This document shows positions 8,505 to 17,586 of a DNA stretch of 45,427 bases, in pieces. Both the position numbers and the translations under genes were made by a program. Location of the stretch: the NCBI GenBank assembly GCA_041546665.1, contig JBFEVY010000001.1, positions 1 to 45,427 on the forward strand. Reading direction: 5' to 3'. The DNA is from Spongiibacteraceae bacterium. GTDB lineage: Bacteria; Pseudomonadota; Gammaproteobacteria; Pseudomonadales; Spongiibacteraceae. Within the stretch, counting starts at the first letter, position 1, and every line of letters starts with the position of its first letter. The notes below the pieces were generated by a model. It ran no database searches. It saw only the letters and a list, made by a program, of their open reading frames with translations, and was not told the DNA's origin.

Positions 8505-9641
8505 TCAGGCCTTTTCGAGAATATGCACCGCGCAGGAGGTACCAAAGCCCAATACATGGGCCAGACCAATGCGGGCGCCTTCTACCTGACGCTTGCCGGC
8601 TTCGCCGCGGATCTGTTCTACCAGCTCTACAATATTCGCCACCCCCGTTGCGCCAATCGGGTGGCCCTTGGACAACAAGCCACCTGAGGCGTTAACCGGT
8701 ATACGGCCGCCCAGCGCGGTTTCGCCGCGGTCAATCAGGCCCGCCGCTTCGCCCTCGCCGCAGAGGCCGAGGTTTTCATAGTGCAGAATTTCCGCGGTGG
8801 AGAAGCAGTCGTGAAGCTCGACAAAATCCAGGTCTTCCGGGCCGAGGCCCGCCATTTTAAAGGCCTGCTTGGCGGCCATACGGGTGACGGTATTGGGGTC
8901 GAACATCACCGGGTTGCGTTGCTCCCAGGGATCGGAGACCAGTGCCGAACCACGGATTTTTACAGCCCGCGACAGGCCCAACTCCTTGGCCTTGCGCTCT
9001 GAGACCAGCACCACCGCTGCAGCGCCATCCACATTGGCGGAACACATCAGCTTGGTGAGTGGCCAGGCGATCATCGGGCTTTGCAGCACTTCTTCCAGGC
9101 TGACTTCAGACTGGTAACGCGCCTTGGGGTTGAGTGCCCCGTGGCGACGGTTTTTCACCGCTACCTTAGCGTACTGTTCCAGGGTGGTGCCGTAACGGGA
9201 GGTATGGACCACACCGCATTCAGCAAACACCGCGGGCATTGAGTCCGAACCAAATAACCCTTCGGCGGGAAGGTCATCAGAGGGGGCAACGGGCAACATA
9301 CCGCTGGGGTTCTTCTCTACACCAATCGCCAGAGCAACATCGTAGAGACCGCTTTTAATACCAACAAAGGCTTCCCGCACGGCAGTGGCGCCCGAGGAGC
9401 AGGCATTGGAAACATTGATGCAGGGCACCCCGGTCTGACCGATCTCCTGCAGAACTTTCTGGCCCATCATCGACTGCGCGTTAAATACGCAGCCGGTATA
9501 GACGATATTAACGTCTTTGATACTTAAACCGGCGTCGTCCAAAGCTTGCAGCGCTGCCTGAGAACCCAGCTGGGCCGGCTTGTGGTCCGGGTAGCGACCA
9601 AAGGGAATCATTCCCGCACCCATTACAAATACATCAGTCAT
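8505..9641 (-). CDS. SCP2/SCPx-type thiolase
   Basis: NACSSG (catalytic Cys), VELHDCF, NASGGLLSKGHPIGATG; start overlaps upstream stop (TAATG). Confidence 0.92.
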   Translation of the reverse strand: MTDVFVMGAGMIPFGRYPDHKPAQLGSQAALQALDDAGLSIKDVNIVYTGCVFNAQSMMGQKVLQEIGQTGVPCINVSNACSSGATAVREAFVGIKSGLYDVALAIGVEKNPSGMLPVAPSDDLPAEGLFGSDSMPAVFAECGVVHTSRYGTTLEQYAKVAVKNRRHGALNPKARYQSEVSLEEVLQSPMIAWPLTKLMCSANVDGAAAVVLVSERKAKELGLSRAVKIRGSALVSDPWEQRNPVMFDPNTVTRMAAKQAFKMAGLGPEDLDFVELHDCFSTAEILHYENLGLCGEGEAAGLIDRGETALGGRIPVNASGGLLSKGHPIGATGVANIVELVEQIRGEAGKRQVEGARIGLAHVLGFGTSCAVHILEKA

Positions 9642-10066
9642 TACGCGCGCTCCCCAGTTGTGTTCGCTTTTTCCACCAACTCAAAGTGATAACCAACATA
9701 GCCTTCGCCGTCTTCGTCGCGCGCGCCATTGGCGTCGTCGAACACCAACTCGACTGCAGCACCCATTTTCAGGCTCGCGGCGTCGTCGGTGCGCAGATTA
9801 CCCTTCAGCACCAGGCCGTCGTCGAGGTCAATAATCGCGGAAACAAAGGGCACCGCCACTCCGGGGTAGCTGCGCTCTACCACCGACCAGGTGTAGAGCG
9901 TGCCATTGGTGCTCGCCTGAAAGGCTTCCTGAGGTTTGCGGCTGAAACAGCGCCGGCAGGCCAGGGTTTCAACGGTTGCGGTCGCGCCGCAGTCCGGGCA
10001 GCGATACGCGCGTACCCAGGGTTGCTCGCCGTTACAGACAACAAGCGCATTGGCGGGTTTTGGCAT
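9641..10066 (-). CDS. DUF35 Zn-ribbon/OB-fold protein (thiolase partner)
   Basis: CPDC...CRRC, GTLYTWSVV, PFVSAIIDLDDG; start ATG 10066 or GTG 10078. Confidence 0.88.
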   Translation of the reverse strand: MPKPANALVVCNGEQPWVRAYRCPDCGATATVETLACRRCFSRKPQEAFQASTNGTLYTWSVVERSYPGVAVPFVSAIIDLDDGLVLKGNLRTDDAASLKMGAAVELVFDDANGARDEDGEGYVGYHFELVEKANTTGERA

Positions 10067-10104
10067 AGTTGGTCTCACTTTCTTGTGTGTTGATTCGGGG
10101 CTCG

Positions 10105-10131
10105 AAAAAACTCCCCGCGCTCACGCGGGGA
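10105..10131 (-). terminator. intrinsic terminator-like hairpin upstream of the DUF35 gene
   Basis: Minus strand TCCCCGCG-TGAG-CGCGGGGA-GTTTTTT. Confidence 0.6.
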
Positions 10132-10298
10132 AAAGAAGTATCCCAACCCCAGGATAATTAGCTAATGAGCTGTTATTTTTTAAACTGATCAGGACCTTTG
10201 CTAAATAGCAAAATACGGAGAGACGAACGCGCAAAGGCAATAAATTCAGTTTTAATACGGCGTATTACCGAGACTGAATATAGAGCAGTGAAATATAA

Positions 10299-10317
10299 AA
10301 GTAAATAGTCGTCAGTT
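10299..10317. promoter_or_regulatory. island-wide operator, degenerate copy
   Basis: AAGTAAA-TAGTC-GTCAGTT; one near-perfect half site. Confidence 0.4.
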
Positions 10318-10364
10318 TTTAGAGGGCGCACCGAAGACGGTACGCCGATGAAAAAAGTGCGGAT

Positions 10365-11663
10365 TTAACCAGAGACCCGAGCCAGATCCCGCTCCAGTTT
10401 TCGCCCGCAGACAAACAGCAGCGAGCAACCCGCAACCACCAACAGAGACACCGCCGCCAGGGCGTAGCGAATGGACTCACTGCCAAAGCGCGGCGCCAGA
10501 CCATCGCTCAAGGCCCCCACAATAAAGGGGCCGGCGCCAGCGCCGACAATATTGATAATAAACAGTACAATGGCCGAAGCGGTCGCGCGCATATGCAGCT
10601 TTGCCAGGCTTTGGTTGACGCTGTACATGGCCGGAATATAAGCGTTCATCAGCACGTAGTAGGGAAAGAAGCACAGCAGCGCCAGGCTTAGATTGTCTGA
10701 CAGAAAGAACACCAGACTCAGGGGCAGCCCGGCCAGGGTCAGCGCCGCGGGCACCACAATTCGCCCACCTACCTTTGTCCGCCCCGCCCGGTCGGTGATA
10801 TAGCCTCCGAGCAGCGTGCCGAGCAGGCCGCCTCCGCCGACAATCATCGCCATCCACTTGCCGGTTTCCACCGGCGACAGGCCGTGCACCCGGCCGAGAA
10901 ATTCATAGCCCCACATCAGCACGCCGTAACCCGGAATCGACAGGAAAGCGCAGCCCACCATCAGCGCAACCCAGGACGGCGACTTCATTAAAAACTGTAG
11001 CGTTTCCATAAGCGTTGAGGTTTCAGTCTGCCCCGCCGCCCCTTCGGACTGACCCCGCTGGGGTTCCCGCACCGTAAACCGCAGCAGCAGGGCAACCAGC
11101 AACCCCGGTACCCCAAGAATGATAAACGCCGTGCGCCAGTCGAAATGCTCCAGCAGATAGCCACCGCCGAGGTAGGCGATAGCGGACCCGGCGAACACCC
11201 CCGAGGAATACACCGCCAACGCCATACCGCGCCGCTGTGGCGGAAAATAATCGGCAATCAGCGAGTGCGCCGGCGGCGTGCCAGCGGCCTCACCCAGGCC
11301 CACCCCCACCCGCGCAATGGCGAGCTGGACAAAGCTTTTGGCCAGGCCGGAGGCCAGGGTCATGCCGCTCCAGACCGCCAGGCCAATGGCGATAATATTG
11401 CGCCGGTTGGCGCGATCAGCCAGGCGCGCAATGGGAATACCCGCAAAGGTGTAAAGCACTGCAAAGGCAAAGCCCACCAGCAGCCCCATTTCGGTATCCG
11501 AGGCGCCAAACTCCGCCTTGATCGGCGCAATAAAGACCGACATCACCTGGCGGTCGATAAAGTTAAATACATACACCAGAAACAACACGCCCAGAACGTA
11601 GTTGGCGTAACCCGGGGAAAACTGTTGCTCGGTGCCTGCGGCGGCAGGTTTGTTGTCGGACAT
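10365..11663 (-). CDS. spinster-like MFS transporter
   Basis: FNFIDRQ, ARLADRANRR (motif A), ARVGVGLGEA; real start MSDNKP at 11663, since the track's extension overlaps the upstream gene. Confidence 0.92.
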   Translation of the reverse strand: MSDNKPAAAGTEQQFSPGYANYVLGVLFLVYVFNFIDRQVMSVFIAPIKAEFGASDTEMGLLVGFAFAVLYTFAGIPIARLADRANRRNIIAIGLAVWSGMTLASGLAKSFVQLAIARVGVGLGEAAGTPPAHSLIADYFPPQRRGMALAVYSSGVFAGSAIAYLGGGYLLEHFDWRTAFIILGVPGLLVALLLRFTVREPQRGQSEGAAGQTETSTLMETLQFLMKSPSWVALMVGCAFLSIPGYGVLMWGYEFLGRVHGLSPVETGKWMAMIVGGGGLLGTLLGGYITDRAGRTKVGGRIVVPAALTLAGLPLSLVFFLSDNLSLALLCFFPYYVLMNAYIPAMYSVNQSLAKLHMRATASAIVLFIINIVGAGAGPFIVGALSDGLAPRFGSESIRYALAAVSLLVVAGCSLLFVCGRKLERDLARVSG

Positions 11664-11710
11664 GAATTTTCTCGATGTTCTCTGAGTATTATTTTTAGTG
11701 AGGCGTATTG

Positions 11711-13414
11711 TTACACGGCGGGATTCTTCGCCGCAGCATGTTTCGCCGCTAGATAACCAAACACGAATGACGGCCCGATACTGGAGCCCGCGCCAGGATA
11801 GTAACGTCCCATCACCGACGCGGTGCTGGTGCCGGTCGCATAGAGTCCGGCAATTGCACTGCCGTCTTCGCGCAGCACGCGGCCGTGCTCGTCGGTGACG
11901 ACACCGCCATAGGTTCCCACATCGCCGGGCACCACCGGCGCCGCATAGAAGGGGCCTTCTTCTATGGTGCCCAGGGCATTGGAGGGGCCGTGATAGCGAT
12001 CTCCAAGCCATTGATCGTAGGCGCGATCGCCGCGCTTGAAGGCATCCCCCCGCCCCTGTCGCGCGCCGGCATTGAACTTTTCGACGGTGGTTTTGAGGGC
12101 CTCAGCATCCACTTCGATCGACGCCGCCAGGGCTTCAATGGAGTCTGCCCGGTGCAGAAAACCCGCGTCATACCACTCCTGAGGCTTGCTGGTGCCCGGC
12201 ATGGTGCCGCAGTACATATACTTGCGCATATACTGGGCGTCGACAATCCACCAACTGGGAATCGCCGGCACCGACTCGTTGCGCCGCAACATATTCTGAC
12301 AGAAGGCCATGTACGAGCCGCCCTCGTTCATATAGCGCACGCCGCTTTGGTCCACCAGAATAGAGTGAGGCTTGGAGATGCTCATCTGCGAACCGATGCC
12401 CCCCATATTCACCCCGCTGCCGTTCACGCTTTCGGCGCCGGGCGGAATACTCATTTGATTACCGACCCGCTCGTTCAACTGCCCCGACGCCGCGCCCAGC
12501 GCCATCATGGTGGTAATCATTTCGCCGGTATCACCCGGCCCCGCCGCGGTCCACGCCACTGAGGTGCCGGGAATGTATTGGTCGCGCATCGCCTGATTGT
12601 GGGAAAAGCCCCCGGCATTGACCAACACCCCCAGTCGCGCACCCACGCGCCAGGCTTTACCGGCCTGGGTGGTTACCACACCTTTGACCTGGCCCCCTTC
12701 CACGATGAAATCGCTTACCGGCGAGTCGGTGCGAATCTCGGTGCCCGCCTGCAAAGCCGCCTGCAACATTCGGCCTTGCAGCGCCGCGCCTGCCGGAGCC
12801 CACTGTTTGCCGGTCAACTTTGCCATCACCACGCGCAGCCCCACTTTCAGCATCGCCAGCTTGCCCTTGATTGAGGACTTGAAGGTCGCAATTTCAAAAC
12901 CTTCGCTGTGATAGGCCGGCACCGACATAAAATTGGGCCGCAGTTTGTGCTTCCACTCGCCCAGCTCGTTTACGTTGAACAGGTCCGCGATCACGGTGCG
13001 CCCCGGCACCGAACCACCCGGACGTTCGTCGTAATAATCCGGCCAGGACGGCGCGCGACGCAGCTTTATGCCCTGCTCGACCAGAAAGTCGACCATCTTC
13101 GGCGCTTGCTCGATATAGGCTTTGCGTTTTTGAAAGCTGGTGCCCGGCGCGTCTTCACTCTGCCCTGCGGTGGCCTCCATATATTCCATGGCCTTGATGA
13201 AGCTGTCGTCGACCCCTTCTTCTTTCATAAACCGATTATTGGGAATCCACATCACGCCCCCCGAGCGCGAGGTCGTGCCCCCCACCATATCAGTCTTTTC
13301 CAGTATCAGGGTTCGCTTGCCCTGGGTTTTCAGGTACAGGGCGGCGCACATAGAGCCCCCACCACTGCCGACGACTACAAAATCGAACTCTTCGTCGAAG
13401 TTCAGATTACTCAT
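11711..13414 (-). CDS. FAD-dependent oxidoreductase, 3-ketosteroid delta1-dehydrogenase (KstD)-like
   Basis: VVGSGGG, EKTDMVGGTTSRSGGVMWIPNN, WPDYY, NEGGSY, GDVGTYGG, YYPGAGSSIG. Confidence 0.85.
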   Translation of the reverse strand: MSNLNFDEEFDFVVVGSGGGSMCAALYLKTQGKRTLILEKTDMVGGTTSRSGGVMWIPNNRFMKEEGVDDSFIKAMEYMEATAGQSEDAPGTSFQKRKAYIEQAPKMVDFLVEQGIKLRRAPSWPDYYDERPGGSVPGRTVIADLFNVNELGEWKHKLRPNFMSVPAYHSEGFEIATFKSSIKGKLAMLKVGLRVVMAKLTGKQWAPAGAALQGRMLQAALQAGTEIRTDSPVSDFIVEGGQVKGVVTTQAGKAWRVGARLGVLVNAGGFSHNQAMRDQYIPGTSVAWTAAGPGDTGEMITTMMALGAASGQLNERVGNQMSIPPGAESVNGSGVNMGGIGSQMSISKPHSILVDQSGVRYMNEGGSYMAFCQNMLRRNESVPAIPSWWIVDAQYMRKYMYCGTMPGTSKPQEWYDAGFLHRADSIEALAASIEVDAEALKTTVEKFNAGARQGRGDAFKRGDRAYDQWLGDRYHGPSNALGTIEEGPFYAAPVVPGDVGTYGGVVTDEHGRVLREDGSAIAGLYATGTSTASVMGRYYPGAGSSIGPSFVFGYLAAKHAAAKNPAV

Positions 13415-13480
13415 TGAATGACTCCACCCAGCATTGCTTTATTTTTGTCAGGGACTGTTGTTTTCGCGTGTACTGCCGCG

Positions 13481-13900
13481 TTAGTTGTTGAACATGTCGC
13501 CGTTGTAGGGCATCGACACCGTGACCTGGACAAACTTCCACTGGCCGTCGCGGTTGACCATTTCAAAACGGTAGTCGGCAAAAATCCCCACCTCCGCCGG
13601 CACCCGGCTCCACTCGGTGACCGTGCCGTAGGCGTTGGCGACCGCGTGCTCGTCGGTGGCGTTATCACTGAGATAGATATTGGTGATGACATGGCGGTAC
13701 TTCATGCCCCGGTCCTGCAGGCTTTTTGCCTGGTTAATCAGCGCCTGCCGACCTATATGAGGCGCACCTGGGCTAATCAACCTGCCATCTTCCAAAAACA
13801 GGTCCGCCCAGCCCTCGCCGCGATAGTTGTCCACCTCGTGGGCGTATCGGGCAATCAATTCATATACCGCCAGGCGGTTTTCCAACGAAATTGCAGACAT
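13481..13900 (-). CDS. SnoaL-like / NTF2 fold protein
   Basis: LAVYELIARYAHEVD...WADLFLEDG...RHVITN...DGQWKF; GGAGA RBS before ATG 13900. Confidence 0.82.
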   Translation of the reverse strand: MSAISLENRLAVYELIARYAHEVDNYRGEGWADLFLEDGRLISPGAPHIGRQALINQAKSLQDRGMKYRHVITNIYLSDNATDEHAVANAYGTVTEWSRVPAEVGIFADYRFEMVNRDGQWKFVQVTVSMPYNGDMFNN

Positions 13901-13966
13901 CACATTCTCCAAATCTAGTTACTGTTATTTTTCAGATGATGACGCATGAAAGGTGGAGCGTGCTCG

Positions 13967-15508
13967 CTATCCCCGCCCCAGCTTGTCGATCATCATGCGT
14001 TCAATTTGCCGGCGCGCGACTTTGTTGCTCGGCAACATCGGCACCTCTTCACGACTGATTTGCACATAGGCGCGGGGCACTTTAAAACTCGACAGGCGCC
14101 CTTTGAGTTCTTCCTGCAGGCGGTCAAAATCCAGAGTCGCGCCCTCTCTTGGCACCACCGCAGCAACCACCAACTGACCCCGCTCCGCATCGGGAATGCC
14201 CACCACATAGGCTGAGTGCACACCCTCCAACTGTTGCATTTCCAGCTCCACTTCCGCCGGCGATACATTGCTGCTCGCGGTTTTAATCATGTCACCGTTG
14301 CGACCGACAAAGAGAACTCTCGCACCATCGCGCCGCCCCATATCGCCGGTATGGAGAAAGCCGTCATCGGTGAAATAGTCACTGCGCGCCACCTTGTGCA
14401 GGCCCGCCGTCAACGCAAAACCTCGCACTTGAATTTCGCCCACCTCGCCATCGGCCACCGGCGCTCCATTTTCGTCGGCAACACGTACCTCATAGCGATC
14501 GGCGATATGATCCAGCGGCGCGCACAGCGGGTAGCCCGGCACGCGCAGCTCGTCGGCGTAGGAATACGGCCCCAGGGTTTCGGTCATTCCCAAGGCCCAG
14601 ATCGTTTTGGGAAGAGGCATGGCCTGCAAATCGTCGTCGGCCATCACGGTGCCCATCGCCATTTGGCTGCTGGTCCACGTACCTTCGGTGCACAGTGTGG
14701 TGGCGCCCACCTGAAGATTAGGCAACAGGTACATCATCAAGCCGCCCACCCAGAACATCGGCATTGGCACCGGCACCCTAGCACCGCGCTCGGTGGACAC
14801 CATCGGCGTTAAATAGTGGGTGCGAAACAGGGTGGCGCCGTGACTGTGCTTGACACCCTTGGGCAGAGCCATCGAACCGGAGGTGTAAATTTCCATAAGC
14901 TGGTCGGTGGCGTGAACCTCCGCCTCAACCTGCAACAACAGGTCTTCACTGACCTGCTCGCCCCCCGCCTTCAGCCCGTCCAGCGTGTGAACGGCTGCTG
15001 GCAGGTCCTCCCCGGTGGACACTACCCAGCGCAGATACGGCACCTGCGGGAGAAACACCTCGCCCTCGCTCTGCCCGGCCAGCTCGGGCAGGGCCTCGCT
15101 TAGACGCTCAACGTAATCCTTGCCCAGCAGGCGGCGCTGGACAATCAAACCCTGCACATCGGACTGGCGCAACACCCTGACCAGCTCATTGGATTTGATA
15201 AAAGTACTGACGGGAATGGCAATGCCCCCGGCCCGCGCAATCGCGGCAAACATCAACACAAAATCCGGGCCGTTGCCGCAGATAAAACCGACGCGACTAC
15301 CCTTGCCAACACCCCGAGCAATCAGACCGCGGGCGAGCTCCGCCGACTGTCGCTCAAGCTCGGTGTAGGTGAGCGCGTACTCCGCCTGGCCGTCTACCTG
15401 TATCGACACCGCGACCTGATCGCCGTAGGCCGCCGCCACATCGCGGATAAACTGCGGGAAGGTCTCAGCGGACTCGGGCATGCCTGTCGTGTAGTAAGTG
15501 TTATTCAT
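13967..15508 (-). CDS. AMP-binding (ANL) acyl-CoA synthetase, atypical
   Basis: YTSGSMALPKG P-loop, GMTET, FLHTGD, GRNGDMIKT, C-terminal PMLPSNKV; start uncertain (15541/15508/15481). Confidence 0.85.
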   Translation of the reverse strand: MNNTYYTTGMPESAETFPQFIRDVAAAYGDQVAVSIQVDGQAEYALTYTELERQSAELARGLIARGVGKGSRVGFICGNGPDFVLMFAAIARAGGIAIPVSTFIKSNELVRVLRQSDVQGLIVQRRLLGKDYVERLSEALPELAGQSEGEVFLPQVPYLRWVVSTGEDLPAAVHTLDGLKAGGEQVSEDLLLQVEAEVHATDQLMEIYTSGSMALPKGVKHSHGATLFRTHYLTPMVSTERGARVPVPMPMFWVGGLMMYLLPNLQVGATTLCTEGTWTSSQMAMGTVMADDDLQAMPLPKTIWALGMTETLGPYSYADELRVPGYPLCAPLDHIADRYEVRVADENGAPVADGEVGEIQVRGFALTAGLHKVARSDYFTDDGFLHTGDMGRRDGARVLFVGRNGDMIKTASSNVSPAEVELEMQQLEGVHSAYVVGIPDAERGQLVVAAVVPREGATLDFDRLQEELKGRLSSFKVPRAYVQISREEVPMLPSNKVARRQIERMMIDKLGRG

Positions 15509-15646
15509 AAACAGCACAGTCACTCTGTATGTGGTGGTCACCTGGGCGGCGCGGCGGGCTTTGCATTATTGTCAGGAGCCCACCCGCGGAGCGTCTTGCG
15601 AGGCTAGCCTACTAAAGTCCGCACCGAACGGTAAACATAAACACCC

Positions 15647-15671
15647 AATAATTGACTATCTGTTAATTATT
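15647..15671. promoter_or_regulatory. island-wide operator, strong copy
   Basis: AATAATTGAC-TATCT-GTTAATTATT, 9 of 10 positions paired. Confidence 0.72.
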
Positions 15672-15702
15672 ATTGACAAGCCGACAGCGATTCGCAATGA
15701 TT

Positions 15703-15721
15703 ATCTGACAATTGTTCAGCA
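15703..15721. promoter_or_regulatory. island-wide operator, degenerate copy
   Basis: ATCTGAC-AATTG-TTCAGCA. Confidence 0.4.
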
Positions 15722-15829
15722 CTTGCGCAAACAGCGCTCCATCGCTGCACACAGTTCACTACAGTGAAAATAATCAGAAGTTGCGCTCCGAACCGTATTG
15801 ATACCACTAGCGGAGGCGCAGGAGGAAGC

Positions 15830-17299
15830 ATGTCAACGGAATCCAGAAAGTTACGATACGTCATTATTGGCGCCGGCATGGCGGGCATTCTCGCCGGTAT
15901 CCGACTCCGCCAGCGCGGCGAATCCAACTTTGTGATCTACGAAAAAGGCGACACGGTGGGCGGCACCTGGCGGGAGAATTCCTACCCCGGCGTGGCCTGC
16001 GACACCCCCGCACACTCCTACAGCTACTCCTTCGCCTTCAATCCGGACTGGAGCGCCTTTTACGCTCCCGGCGCGGAAATCAAAGACTATTTCGAGCGCA
16101 TGACTGACAAATTCGGGGTGCGCGAGTTTATCCAGTTCAATACTGAAATCGCATCCTGCCGCTACGAGGACGGGCGTTGGCATATTGAAACCAAGACAGG
16201 CGCCAGCGACGTTGCCGATGTACTGGTGGCCGCCACCGGCGTGCTGCACCACCCAAGTATTCCCAATATTCCCGGGCTAGAAGATTTTCAGGGCGCCTGC
16301 TTTCACAGCGCCCACTGGGATCACAGCATCGACTACAACGACAAGCGCGTGGGGGTGATCGGCAACGGTTCCACCGGCGTGCAGATTGTCTCGGCGCTGT
16401 CTGGCAAAGTTAAAAAGCTGGTTCACCTGCAGCGCTCACCGCAGTGGATTATGCCCTGCCCGGACACCCGCTACTCCGCCGAGGAACGCGAAGCCTTCCG
16501 CGATGATCCCGACAAAATTGAACAGGTGCGCAGCGGCCCCGAGGCCCAGGCCCGGCGCGGTCGCTTTCTGGCCGCGATTATCGACGCCAATTCGCCGGAG
16601 CTGGCCGAGATTCAATCGATTGTCGAGCAGAACCTGGAAGACAGTGTCAGAGACCCGGCGCTGCGGGAAAAACTGCGCCCGAACTATCGCGCGGCCTGTA
16701 AACGCATGGTGTTTTCACCCAACTATTACGAGAAGGTGCAGGATCCGTCGGTGTATGTGGACACCAGCGGAATTGAGCGCGTCGAAGCCAATGGCATTCG
16801 CACCGGTGATGGCAGCTTCCACGAGCTGGATGTGATTGTGCTGGCCACCGGTTTCAAGGCCGATGCTTTTGTGCGCCCCATGACCATTACCGGCCGCGAC
16901 GGCGCCGACCTGAACACCCTTTGGCGCGAACACCCCAAGGCCTATTACGCCGTGACGGTGCCCGACTTCCCCAACTTCTTTATGCTCAATGGCCCTACCG
17001 GACCCGTGGGTAACTTCTCGCTCATTGATATTGCCGAACGCCAGTGGAACTACATCGACCAGCTGGTCGAGCTGCTGCGCAGTGGCGAGGCGAAGGCCGT
17101 CGATCCCACACCAGAGGCCCTGGCGGACTATGAGACCCGGCGTACCGAGGCCGCCATGAACACCGTGTTTGCCTCCGGTTGCCAGAGCTGGTACCTCGAC
17201 GCCAAGGGCGTACCCCAGGTCTGGCCCTGGCCGTATGAGTATTTTATGGAAGTTATGGCCAAACCCCGGCTTGAAGACTACCGGCTGACGCCTGTCTAA
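15830..17299 (+). CDS. type I Baeyer-Villiger / flavin-containing monooxygenase
   Basis: GAGMAG, GGTWRENSYPGVACD, fingerprint FQGACFHSAHWD, GNGSTG, ATGF; AGGAGG RBS before ATG 15830. Confidence 0.92.
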   Translation: MSTESRKLRYVIIGAGMAGILAGIRLRQRGESNFVIYEKGDTVGGTWRENSYPGVACDTPAHSYSYSFAFNPDWSAFYAPGAEIKDYFERMTDKFGVREFIQFNTEIASCRYEDGRWHIETKTGASDVADVLVAATGVLHHPSIPNIPGLEDFQGACFHSAHWDHSIDYNDKRVGVIGNGSTGVQIVSALSGKVKKLVHLQRSPQWIMPCPDTRYSAEEREAFRDDPDKIEQVRSGPEAQARRGRFLAAIIDANSPELAEIQSIVEQNLEDSVRDPALREKLRPNYRAACKRMVFSPNYYEKVQDPSVYVDTSGIERVEANGIRTGDGSFHELDVIVLATGFKADAFVRPMTITGRDGADLNTLWREHPKAYYAVTVPDFPNFFMLNGPTGPVGNFSLIDIAERQWNYIDQLVELLRSGEAKAVDPTPEALADYETRRTEAAMNTVFASGCQSWYLDAKGVPQVWPWPYEYFMEVMAKPRLEDYRLTPV

Positions 17300-17370
17300 G
17301 GCGCGCAAGCGCTGAAACTGCAGCCGCTGCAGAAACCATAGTCACCGCTAAATCACACAACGCTACTAGC

Positions 17371-17414
17371 CAAACCACTACACCGGGGCCCAAACGCCCC
17401 GGTGTAGTGGTTTG
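17371..17414. repeat. perfect 19-bp inverted repeat (hairpin)
   Basis: CAAACCACTACACCGGGGC-CCAAAC-GCCCCGGTGTAGTGGTTTG. Confidence 0.8.
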
Positions 17415-17586
17415 CAGCGCCGCCATTGTTACCACCCCCTTTGCCCGCCCTCCGCTGAGAACGCAAATGGAATAAAGACCGATTTCCGGCTAATAAAATT
17501 GTGTGCCTTGCCAAGCTGTATTACTATTCGACACTGTTGTTGAGTTATCTTATGCGGCTAACTAATAATCTTTCGAGGAGATAATA

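Noticed and set aside
11664-12011. 116-aa N-terminal extension of the MFS ORF in the track
   Set aside because: Overlaps the KstD-like gene in another frame and is Arg/Cys-rich nonsense; the MFS starts at 11663.
11711-13414. Calling the island a canonical steroid degradation cluster (kstD symbol)
   Set aside because: No KshAB, HsaA-D or ring C/D genes are recognisable in the window, so the substrate cannot be assigned from the KstD-like gene alone.
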